Below are positions 44,186 to 52,092 of a DNA stretch of 64,000 nucleotides, piece by piece; within the stretch, counting starts at the first letter, position 1; every line of letters starts with the position of its first letter. The notes under the pieces are model-generated. The model saw only the letters and a list, made by a program, of their open reading frames with translations, was not told the origin of the DNA and did no database searches. This stretch comes from an uncultured Solirubrobacterales bacterium. Its GTDB lineage: Bacteria > Actinomycetota > Thermoleophilia > Solirubrobacterales > Solirubrobacteraceae. The stretch lies in contig CAWHTT010000009.1 in NCBI GenBank assembly GCA_963832315.1, positions 14,110-78,109 of the forward strand. Reading direction: 5' to 3'. Made by a program: the position numbers and the translations under genes.

Positions 44186-44260
44186 CTACCGGTGATACAG
44201 GTAGGAGGTGACCTCCGAGCACAGCTCGATGAACTCAAACTTCGGCTTGATCCAGGTCAT
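44186..44260 (-). CDS. pqqA: PQQ precursor peptide PqqA (24 aa), absent from the ORF track
   Basis: Minus-strand hand translation gives MTWIKPKFEFIELCSEVTSYLYHR then TAG. It carries the W-x-K-P and E-V-T-x-Y (Glu-x3-Tyr) signature. GAGGAGAGAGG lies 6 nt upstream of the ATG, 61 nt upstream of pqqB. Confidence 0.85.
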   Translation of the reverse strand: MTWIKPKFEFIELCSEVTSYLYHR

Positions 44261-44343
44261 AGGATGCCTCTCTCCTCTTAGAGTTCAACGTCCGGTCCGC
44301 ATCTTACACATCTAGTGCAAGCCGCTGAAAAAGCCTCCGGACG

Positions 44344-45747
44344 ATGGTCATCGAGGTAACCGCCACCGACGCGGACGCGGTGAGGGCCGACCTCGTCGCG
44401 GTCCCGTCCGGACCGCGGGCTTCCGCACTCGGGGCGCCGGAGCGTGCGTCGGCGGACGCCGACCCGGTCGCGATCGTGTACCGGGCTTCCGGTCAACCCC
44501 CGCTAGCGGTGGTGGCGGTCGAGCCGGATATCGAGGGGCTCCGGACCGCCGCGGCGCGGGCGGTGCGCGCGTGCCGAAGTGGCGGAATTGTCGCGTGGGA
44601 GCTTGATTTCGCGCTGTCTGTGGCAATCGAGGAGCAGGTGCGCGCGTTGGCCGAGGGTGCGGTCATCGGCGGCTACGACGGCAGGCGTTGGCGCAGCGGC
44701 GAGCCACCGCGCGGCGTCGAGCGGTTCGTGATCTGTGGGTGCCCTGGCGAGCTCGCGCCGGTGGCCGAGCGCGCGGCGCTCGTGGCGCGTTGGACGAACG
44801 TCGCCCGCGAGCTTGTCGACGCGCCGGCGAACGTGATGTCGCCCGCGGGACTATCCGATCGGGTAGTGAAGTTTGCCCACCTGGACAGTGAAATTGTCGA
44901 CCCGGATAGGGCGGGCCTGGGTGCACTCGCCGCGGTCGGCGGGAGTAGCCCGATCCCGCCGCGTCTCATCGTGCTTCGGCACGCGCCGCCCGGCGCGCCG
45001 GGCGCGCCGCGGCTCGCGCTCGTCGGTAAGGCCGTCACGTTTGACACCGGCGGTTACTTCCTGAAGCCCCAGCACGACATCGTCCGTCAGAAGGCGGACA
45101 TGGCGGGCGGCGCGGCCGTCGCGGCGGCCCTCGGCGCGATCGCCGAGCTTGGGCTACCGCTGTCGGTCACGGGGGTCGTGCCGGCGTGCGAGAACATGCT
45201 GAGCGGGAGCGCGATCCGGCCCACCGACGTGATCACGACCGCGGCCGGTCTGACCGTCGAGGTCAACAATCCCGACGCCGAAGGCCGTCTGATCCTGGCC
45301 GACGCGCTGTGGTACGCGCGCCGGGACGGCGCGACCCACGTCGTCGACCTGGCCACGCTCACCGGCGCGATGCGCGCCGGCATGGGCGACTTGTATGCGG
45401 GAGTGTTCGCGCCCGACGAGGCGTGGCGCGAGGCGGTCGTGCAGGCCGGCAACGCGAGCGGGGACCTGGCCTGGCCGTGGCCGCTTCATCCGCGCTACCG
45501 GCCGCTGATCGACTCGACCGTGGCCGATCTGCGCAACACCGCGGGCAAGGGCTTCGGCTTCCCGATCGTCGCCGCGACCTTCCTTCAGCAGTTCGCGGGC
45601 GAAGGGCCGTGGGCGCACGTCGACATGCTGGGGCCGGCGCTGCTCGACGACGATCGCGGCGACGCCTTCGGCCGCGGGGCGTCCGGCTACGGCGTGCGCA
45701 TGCTGGTCGAGCTGGCCACGCGACTGAGCGTTACGCTGACCCAATGA
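44344..45747 (+). CDS. pepA: M17 leucyl aminopeptidase
   Basis: VGKAVTFDTGGYFLKP, DMAGGAAV and NPDAEGRLILADAL (NTDAEGRL-type) metal-ligand motifs. Confidence 0.85.
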   Translation: MVIEVTATDADAVRADLVAVPSGPRASALGAPERASADADPVAIVYRASGQPPLAVVAVEPDIEGLRTAAARAVRACRSGGIVAWELDFALSVAIEEQVRALAEGAVIGGYDGRRWRSGEPPRGVERFVICGCPGELAPVAERAALVARWTNVARELVDAPANVMSPAGLSDRVVKFAHLDSEIVDPDRAGLGALAAVGGSSPIPPRLIVLRHAPPGAPGAPRLALVGKAVTFDTGGYFLKPQHDIVRQKADMAGGAAVAAALGAIAELGLPLSVTGVVPACENMLSGSAIRPTDVITTAAGLTVEVNNPDAEGRLILADALWYARRDGATHVVDLATLTGAMRAGMGDLYAGVFAPDEAWREAVVQAGNASGDLAWPWPLHPRYRPLIDSTVADLRNTAGKGFGFPIVAATFLQQFAGEGPWAHVDMLGPALLDDDRGDAFGRGASGYGVRMLVELATRLSVTLTQ

Positions 45748-46355
45748 ACCACGGAGACGGCGATCGGCGCGCGGTGGCGCCGTCTACCCCGGGACGGGTC
45801 ATCGACACTGCGAAGATCGACCTCGCCGCCGCCGAGCGGGCCGCGCGTGATCTGCTGCAGGCGATCGGCGCCGACCCCGACGCTCCCGACCTGCTCGAGA
45901 CGCCCCGCCGCGTGGTCGCCTCGTTCGCGGAGCTCATAACCCCCGCCGAATTCGGCGCGACGGTGTTCCCGAACGAGGGCTACGACGAGCTCGTGCTGGT
46001 GCGCGACATCTCGTTTCAGACCCTGTGCATGCACCACCTGCTGCCGTTCCACGGCGTCGCCCACGTCGCCTACCTGCCGGGGGAGAGCATCATCGGGCTG
46101 TCGAAGCTCGCGCGCGTGGTCGAGTTCTTCGCCCGCGATTTGCAGCTCCAGGAGCGGATGACCGTCCAGATCGCCGACTGGCTCGAGCAGGAACTCGCGC
46201 CGCGCGGCGTAGGGGTGGTGCTGAGCGCCGAGCACATGTGCATGACGATTCGCGGCGTGCGCAAGCCGGGGGCGCGGACGATCACCTCGGCGTTGCGGGG
46301 CTCGCTTCGCTCCGACGCACGCACGCGCCAGGAGTTCTTCAGCCTTGTCGGCTGA
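45744..46355 (+). CDS. folE: GTP cyclohydrolase I (type 1)
   Basis: ETPRRVV, CMHHLLPFHGVAHVAY, GLSKLARVV and QLQERMT motifs. ATGA overlap with pepA. Confidence 0.9.
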   Translation: MNHGDGDRRAVAPSTPGRVIDTAKIDLAAAERAARDLLQAIGADPDAPDLLETPRRVVASFAELITPAEFGATVFPNEGYDELVLVRDISFQTLCMHHLLPFHGVAHVAYLPGESIIGLSKLARVVEFFARDLQLQERMTVQIADWLEQELAPRGVGVVLSAEHMCMTIRGVRKPGARTITSALRGSLRSDARTRQEFFSLVG

Positions 46356-46935
46356 CGCCGGTGAGCCGTATCCGCTGATCGAGACCGTGGTGACCACGAC
46401 CGGTTCAGACGGGGTGGTCAACTGCGCGGCGATGGGGGTGCGGTGGGGGGAGGAAGAGCTCGTGTTCTGGCCGTTCGACGCGACGCGGACGCTGCGCAAT
46501 CTGCGTGTGCACGGCGAGGCCGTCGTCCACCTGACCGATGACGTGCTGCTGTTCGTGCAGGCTGCCCTCGGCCATCCGCACCCTGCGATGCGTCCCGCCA
46601 GCACGGTCGCCGGCTCGGTGATCGAGGATGCGAACGCCTGGCGCGAGGTTGTCGTGACCGAGATCACGCCCGGTGGCGACGAGCTGCCGCGGTCGATGGT
46701 GCGTGCGCGTGTCGTGGCCTCGGGTACCGGCACGCCTCGGCAACCGCTCGGCCTGTGCCGCGCCCGGCACGCCGCCGTCGAAGCATCGATCCTCGCGTCG
46801 CGGCTGAAGTGGCTGGGCGCCGAGCACGTGTCGGCCGAGTTCGCCCGGCTACAGGAGCTGGTCGACAAGACGGCCGGATCCCGCGAGCGCGCCGCGATGG
46901 ACTACGTACGACGCCACGTCGCAGAGCGCACGTGA
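46345..46935 (+). CDS. DUF447-family protein (flavin-reductase-like fold; linked to H4MPT clusters)
   Basis: LIETVVTTTGSDGVVNCAAMGV N-terminus resembles DUF447 proteins of methanogens and methylotrophs. TTG start overlaps the folE end. Confidence 0.65.
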   Translation: MSADAGEPYPLIETVVTTTGSDGVVNCAAMGVRWGEEELVFWPFDATRTLRNLRVHGEAVVHLTDDVLLFVQAALGHPHPAMRPASTVAGSVIEDANAWREVVVTEITPGGDELPRSMVRARVVASGTGTPRQPLGLCRARHAAVEASILASRLKWLGAEHVSAEFARLQELVDKTAGSRERAAMDYVRRHVAERT

Positions 46936-47897
46936 CCGAGGTCGTGATCAGCGCGCCGGCCAGGCTGCATTTCGGGATGCTCGATCCGACCGGAGTGGGC
47001 GCGCGCCGCTTCGGAGGCTGTGGCGTGGCCGTGGAGTCGCCCCGGGTGGTTGTCGCGGTCAGGCCACGGTCCGGCGAGGAGGTTGTGGCGGGTGGGTCGC
47101 AGGCGGAGCGCGCGGGCGAATTCGCCAGGCGGGCCCGGGACGCATTCGGGCACCGGGGCGGCGTCGAGGTGGAGGTGCGCGAGGCGATCCCGCCGCACGT
47201 AGGACTTGGATCGGGCACCAAGCTCGGCCTGGCGGTCGCGTTCGGGGTGGCCGAACTGGCGGGCGTCTCGGCCGGGCCGGAGAAGCTCGCGGAGGCGAGC
47301 GGTCGGGGGGCGCGCTCGAGCGTGGGCGCCTGGACGTTCGCCGAGCCGGGGCTTGTGGTCGAGGCCGGCGTGCGCGAGGGCGGCGCGATCAGCCCGCTGG
47401 TCGCTCGGCACCCGATGCCCGCTCGGTGGCGATGCGTGCTCGCGCTGCCGCGCGACGCGGAGGGGCTGTCCGGCGATGCCGAGGAGCGACTCTTCGATCA
47501 GTTGCACGACCGGTCGGCGGGCGAGCCGAGCGTCTCGCGGCTGCTGCTGACCGCCCTGCTGCCGGGGCTGGTGACCGGGGACATCGACGAGTTCGGCGGC
47601 GCGCTGTCAGAGATCCAGCGCGAGATCGGAGCGATGTTCGCGGACCAGCAGGGCGGCGTGTTCCATCCGCGCGCGGCTCCTGTGGTCGAGGAGTTGCATG
47701 CGCTCGGCGTCGGGGCGGTCGGGCAGAGCTCGTGGGGTCCGGCGGTCTACGGGATCGTGGACGGCCCGGAGCGCGCCGCGGACGTCGCCGATCGGCTGCG
47801 CGCCGCCGTCGGGCCGGGCACCGATGTCCGCGTGGTCGACTTCGATCGCACGGGCGCGCGGGTGGCGCGTCATGGCTCGGGCCAGGCGGCGGCGTGA
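46932..47897 (+). CDS. mptG: beta-ribofuranosylaminobenzene 5'-phosphate synthase (GHMP-kinase fold)
   Basis: VVISAPARLHFGMLD start and the IPPHVGLGSGTKLGLAVA GHMP motif. GTGA overlap with the previous gene. Confidence 0.75.
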   Translation: MTEVVISAPARLHFGMLDPTGVGARRFGGCGVAVESPRVVVAVRPRSGEEVVAGGSQAERAGEFARRARDAFGHRGGVEVEVREAIPPHVGLGSGTKLGLAVAFGVAELAGVSAGPEKLAEASGRGARSSVGAWTFAEPGLVVEAGVREGGAISPLVARHPMPARWRCVLALPRDAEGLSGDAEERLFDQLHDRSAGEPSVSRLLLTALLPGLVTGDIDEFGGALSEIQREIGAMFADQQGGVFHPRAAPVVEELHALGVGAVGQSSWGPAVYGIVDGPERAADVADRLRAAVGPGTDVRVVDFDRTGARVARHGSGQAAA

Positions 47898-48637
47898 GGC
47901 TGCTGGTCAGTGTCGTGTCGGCTTCCGAGGCGACGCGCGCCGTCGCCGGTGGAGCGGACATCATCGACGTCAAGGATCCGGGCGAGGGCGCGCTCGGTGC
48001 GCCGGCGCCGCGCGTGGTGTCCGAGGTCGTGGAGGTCGTGGGCGGCGCCGCTCCGGTCAGCGTCGCGCTCGGCGATCTGCCGGATCTCCCGCACACCGCG
48101 GCACTCGCCGCGCGTGGCGCCGCGGTGTGCGGCGCCGCGTACGTCAAGGTCGGGCTGCGCGGGGTGCGCGAGCTCGACCGTGCGGTGGCGCTGATGAGCG
48201 CGGTCGCCGACGCGGTCGGGGATCAGGTTGCGGTGATCGCGGCCGCGTACGCAGACGCCCGCGCGCTCGACCCGCCGGCACTCGAGCCCGCGTGGCTGCC
48301 GGCGTTGGTGGAGCGGACGGGGATCGCCGGCGCGCTCGTCGATACGTTCGTCAAGGATGGGCGCGGGTTGTATGGCTGGCTGTCCGAGGCCGAGCTGACC
48401 GAGTTGGTATCGGGGACGAGGGCGGCCGGTGGGACGTTTGGCGTGGCCGGGCAGCTGCGGCTCGGCGAGCTGTGCCGCGTGCCGGCCGACGTGGTCGGCG
48501 TGCGGTCTGCCGTTTGTCGCGGGAGCGATCGAACGGCTCACCTGGAGCAGGCTCTCGTGGCGGCCGCGGTCGCCGAACTAGGCACCGTTGGCGCTGAAGC
48601 TACGTATGTGTTAGCTGGATCGCCAAAGTCCGGGTGA
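47894..48637 (+). CDS. mfnB: (5-formylfuran-3-yl)methyl phosphate synthase-like protein (DUF556/MfnB family)
   Basis: RLLVSVVSASEATRAVAGGADIIDVKDPGEGALGA N-terminus is typical of the DUF556 family. GTGA overlap with mptG. Confidence 0.7.
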   Translation: MRLLVSVVSASEATRAVAGGADIIDVKDPGEGALGAPAPRVVSEVVEVVGGAAPVSVALGDLPDLPHTAALAARGAAVCGAAYVKVGLRGVRELDRAVALMSAVADAVGDQVAVIAAAYADARALDPPALEPAWLPALVERTGIAGALVDTFVKDGRGLYGWLSEAELTELVSGTRAAGGTFGVAGQLRLGELCRVPADVVGVRSAVCRGSDRTAHLEQALVAAAVAELGTVGAEATYVLAGSPKSG

Positions 48638-49145
48638 GCGGACCGTTACGCGCACTCCCGTGCGACGCACCGCTTCCGGCAGGTAGGCGTCCACCGCCGC
48701 CCCGTCGACCGGTTTGAGCAGGATCGCCTCCTCGGCGCCGATTGCGGCGGCGGCGAGCACGGCCAGCGAGTCGCTCGTGACGTCCCACGACTCGGGAACA
48801 TCCGGTCGCCCGGCGAACGCCGGCGCGGCCACGAGCAGCCCGAGCGAGCGCGGCGCGACCAGCTTTCGGAGCAATTTCGCCCCCGGCAACATCGGCGCGA
48901 GCAGCAGCCCCAGCTGATCCATCGCCTGCAGCGCCAGCCGATGCGCTACATCGTCGCCCAGTCCGACCTGCGCGTCGAGTGCACGGACGACATCCGCGAA
49001 CGGGCCTCCTCCGGGCACGACGAGCACGGGCCGGTCGCGGGCAAGCTCGAGTACGTCCGCGCAGCCGCGGCGTAGTCCTCCGGAGCCCCTCGGCGCTCAG
49101 TAACCCGCCGCCGATCTTCACGACCAGCGGGCGAGGCTCACTCAC
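48611..49145 (-). pseudogene. amino-acid-kinase-family protein (MfnE-like), split by a 1-nt frameshift (possible assembly error)
   Basis: The N-terminus VSEPRPLVVKIGGGLLSAEG is in the frame of GTG 49145. The rest (DRPVLVVPGGGPFADVV..) is in the +1 frame (track ORF 48611..49027). The switch is at plus-strand CCCC 49086..49089. Confidence 0.65.
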
Positions 49146-50143
49146 GACCGAGCACCGACAGCGCGACCGCGGCGGCGACCTCGCCGCCCGTACCGTTCAG
49201 GGGCCGGACGTCGTCGTGGACCGGAAGTCGACAGCGCGCAGCCGCCGCCCGGGCCAGGAATGCGCCCACGCCGACGGCGACGACCTGAGCTGACCGGGGC
49301 GACTTCGGCCGAGACGCGGCGCAACGCCGCCGCGATCGCGGCGACCTGCGCCTCCTCGACCGCGGCGGCGATCGACTCCAGATCGCCCTCGGCCAGCTCT
49401 TCGGGATCGGCGCACACGACGCGCGCCAGCCGGGCGCGGACCTCGGCGACCGATCCGCCGCGGCCGTCCGGGAACGTGCACGTGCACTGCTCGGGGGTGA
49501 GGCTGCCCCGCAGCAGATGCGCGTCGGCGGCGATCGCGAACAACTCCGAGGAAACCGGACACGGCTGACCGCCGACGGGCACGTGCGAGAGCACCGCGGC
49601 CACGTTCGTGCGCAGCGCACCCGTGTAGACCAGCTCGCCTGCGAGCAGCCGCGTCACGTCGGTCCGCCCCCGCGCCACGACGTTCCCGCCGGCGATCGGG
49701 ATCAGGTCGGTGGTCGTGCCGCCACAGTCGACGAGGATCGCGTCGGGCAGCGAGCGCGCCACCAGCAGCGCCGTCGCCATCCAGTTGGCGGCGGCGCAGG
49801 TAAGAGGCGCGGCCCGCGCCGCGTCCAGGCCGATCAGCTCGCCGCCGGTGGTCATCACGCGCAGCCGTCGCCCCGGCAGCGCGTGCGCCGCAGCCCGGAG
49901 CACGTGCAGCACGCCCTCGCGCTTGCTGGCGAACGCGTCGACCAGCTCTGCGGTCGTAGTCAGCGCCACCGGCGCGCCGTCGACCCCCAGTTCCCCGACG
50001 ACGCGTTCGATGACCCCGGACATGCCGTGCGGGTCCCGCCACACCTCGAACGGCTCTGAGGCGATCCGCACCGGGTCGGACCCGTCAACCACCGCGGCCT
50101 TGGTGTTGGCGCCACCGATGTCGAGCCCGATCACCGTGACCAT
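49138..50143 (-). pseudogene. hydantoinase/oxoprolinase-like H4MPT-linked C1 pathway protein (MfnF-like), split by a 1-nt frameshift (possible assembly error)
   Basis: VIGLDIGGANTKAA ASKHA-type N-terminus and DCGGTTTDLIPI are in the frame of ATG 50143. The C-terminal AQVVAVGVGAFLARAAA.. is in the +1 frame, ending at 49138. The switch is at plus-strand GGGG 49296..49299. Confidence 0.7.
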
Positions 50144-50162
50144 CGCGCCATTGCATCACGGA

Positions 50163-50266
50163 TAACGCGTCACGCCACGATGATCCGGGCCGGCGTGACG
50201 GCTAATGCGTCTGGGAGACGCTTAACGCGTCACGCCCGTCGGCAAACCGCCTCGCGTGACGCGTTA
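50163..50266. promoter_or_regulatory. four copies of TAACGCGTCACGCC arranged as two inverted-repeat pairs with 60-bp period
   Basis: Direct copies at 50163..50176 and 50223..50236. Inverted copies at 50192..50205 (one mismatch) and 50253..50266. Lies directly upstream of the mfnF-like start (50143). Confidence 0.5.
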
Positions 50267-51259
50267 GCCGCCAATCAGCGCCATCTCGGCATCGCGGTAG
50301 CGGCCGCCGACGACTGCGTCGGCCGGGACGGCCTGGTCGAGCGCCGCGACGTCGTCGTCGCTCAGCTGGACCTCGAGCGCTGCGACGTTCTCCGCGAGCC
50401 GCTCGGGTCGCTTCGTCCCAGGGATCGGGACGATGTCCTGACCTTTGGCATGCACCCACGCGAGCGCGAGCTGCGCGGGGGACACGCCGCGCTCCTCGGC
50501 GAGCGCCTGCACCCGATCGGCCAGCTCGACGTTCTGACGCAACGCCTCCTCCTGGAAGCGCGGGTTCGACCGCCGCCAGTCGTCCTCGGGGAGGTCGTCC
50601 AGGGAGCGGATCTGGCCGGTCAGGAAGCCGCGCCCGAGTGGCGAGTACGCCACCAGGCCGATGCCCAGCTCGCGCAACGTTGGCAGCACCTCGGCCTCGG
50701 GATCGCGGGTCCACAGCGAGTACTCGGACTGCACGGCGGTCAGCGGGTGGGTGGCGTGGGCCCGGCGGATGATCTCTCCTGACGCCTCGGAGAGGCCGAT
50801 GTAGCGGACCTTGCCTGCGGCGACCAACTCGGCCATCGCGCCCACGGTCTCTTCGATCGGCACTGCCGGATCGACTCGATGCTGGTAGTACAGGTCGATG
50901 TAGTCGGTGCCCAGCCGCTCGAGTGACGCATCGCAAACGCGCTTGACGTTCTCCGGGCTGCCGTCCAGCCCGCGGGGCCCGTAGGGATTCTCCGGGTCGA
51001 AGCTGAACCCGAACTTGGTGGCGATCTCCACCTGGTCGCGGCGCCCCGCGATCGCCCGCCCGACCAGCCGCTCGTTGGTGTACGGCCCGTACACCTCGGC
51101 GGTGTCGAGCAACGTCACCCCGAGCTCGAGCGCCCGGTGGATCGTCTCGAGCCCCGCCTGCTCATCGCCGGTGCCATAGGCCCACGTCATGCCCATACAA
51201 CCGAGCCCCTGCGCCGAGACCTCGAGCCCCTGGCTTCCGAGCTTTGTTCTCTGCATCAA
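50264..51259 (-). CDS. aldo/keto reductase
   Basis: [25 protein letters not shown] and GLSEAS motifs of the AKR superfamily. Confidence 0.85.
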   Translation of the reverse strand: MMQRTKLGSQGLEVSAQGLGCMGMTWAYGTGDEQAGLETIHRALELGVTLLDTAEVYGPYTNERLVGRAIAGRRDQVEIATKFGFSFDPENPYGPRGLDGSPENVKRVCDASLERLGTDYIDLYYQHRVDPAVPIEETVGAMAELVAAGKVRYIGLSEASGEIIRRAHATHPLTAVQSEYSLWTRDPEAEVLPTLRELGIGLVAYSPLGRGFLTGQIRSLDDLPEDDWRRSNPRFQEEALRQNVELADRVQALAEERGVSPAQLALAWVHAKGQDIVPIPGTKRPERLAENVAALEVQLSDDDVAALDQAVPADAVVGGRYRDAEMALIGG

Positions 51260-51357
51260 TCAAACTCCTAGTCGCTTGCTTGCAGACACCACCGAGTCTG
51301 TGACGCGACCAGCGACTCGACAAGGGAATAGCCGATCCTGGTAGATGACCTTCCCCC

Positions 51358-52092
51358 ATGCGAATCGTTCCGGTCCTCGACTTGAAAGGCGGGGTCGTCG
51401 TGCATGCCCGCCGCGGGCAGCGCGCCGATTACGCCCCGCTGCAGAGCCCGCTCGTGCAGGGCAGCGAGCCGGTCGCGGTGGCGCGGGCGCTGTGCGCCGT
51501 CTGCCACACGAGGACGCTGTACGTGGCCGATCTCGACGCGCTCGCCGGCCAACCGGCCGACGAGGCGACGCTGAGCGCGCTGGGTGCGGTGGCGGACCCA
51601 TGGGTGGACGCCGGCGCCACCACGCCCGAGCGCGCGGCGGTGCTCGAGCGCGCCCGGGTGGCGCGCAACGTCATCGGCACCGAGTCGATCGGCTCGGGGG
51701 CGCCGCCCGCCCGCCCGCCCACCGTCCAGGGGGCGCCGCCTGCCCGGCCGCCCGCCGTCCCCGCGCCACCGCTCGTCCTCAGCGTCGACCTTCGCGACGG
51801 CCGGCTGATCTCGCCTGACCCCGCGCTCGCCGGCCGCGAGCCGGCGGCCGCCGCGTCGCTGGCGCAAGCGTTGAACGTGCGCGAGTTGCTCGTGATCGAC
51901 CTCGCCCGCGTGGGGAGCGGCTCGGGCCCCCCGCTCGACGCCGTGGCTGAGCTGGCGCGCGCGCTGCCGGGAGTGGAGATCTACGCCGGCGGTGGCGTGC
52001 GCCACGACGACGACCTGCGCGCGCTCGAGGCAGCCGGCGCCGCCGGCGCGCTCGTCGCCACCGCGCTGCACGAAGGTCGCCTCACGCTGTGA
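51358..52092 (+). CDS. HisA/HisF-family (beta/alpha)8-barrel protein
   Basis: MRIVPVLDLKGGVVVHA start and C-terminal GGGVRHDDDLRALEAAGAAGALVATALHEG phosphate-binding end. Contains an in-frame 33-bp tandem duplication. Confidence 0.7.
   Translation: MRIVPVLDLKGGVVVHARRGQRADYAPLQSPLVQGSEPVAVARALCAVCHTRTLYVADLDALAGQPADEATLSALGAVADPWVDAGATTPERAAVLERARVARNVIGTESIGSGAPPARPPTVQGAPPARPPAVPAPPLVLSVDLRDGRLISPDPALAGREPAAAASLAQALNVRELLVIDLARVGSGSGPPLDAVAELARALPGVEIYAGGGVRHDDDLRALEAAGAAGALVATALHEGRLTL

Noticed and set aside
29546-49299. Programmed +1 ribosomal frameshifting as the explanation for the five split genes.
   Set aside because: I see no shared slippery motif, no in-frame stop at the shift site (as in prfB), and no downstream structure common to the sites. 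Five unrelated enzymes using recoding is far less likely than indel errors or mutations.
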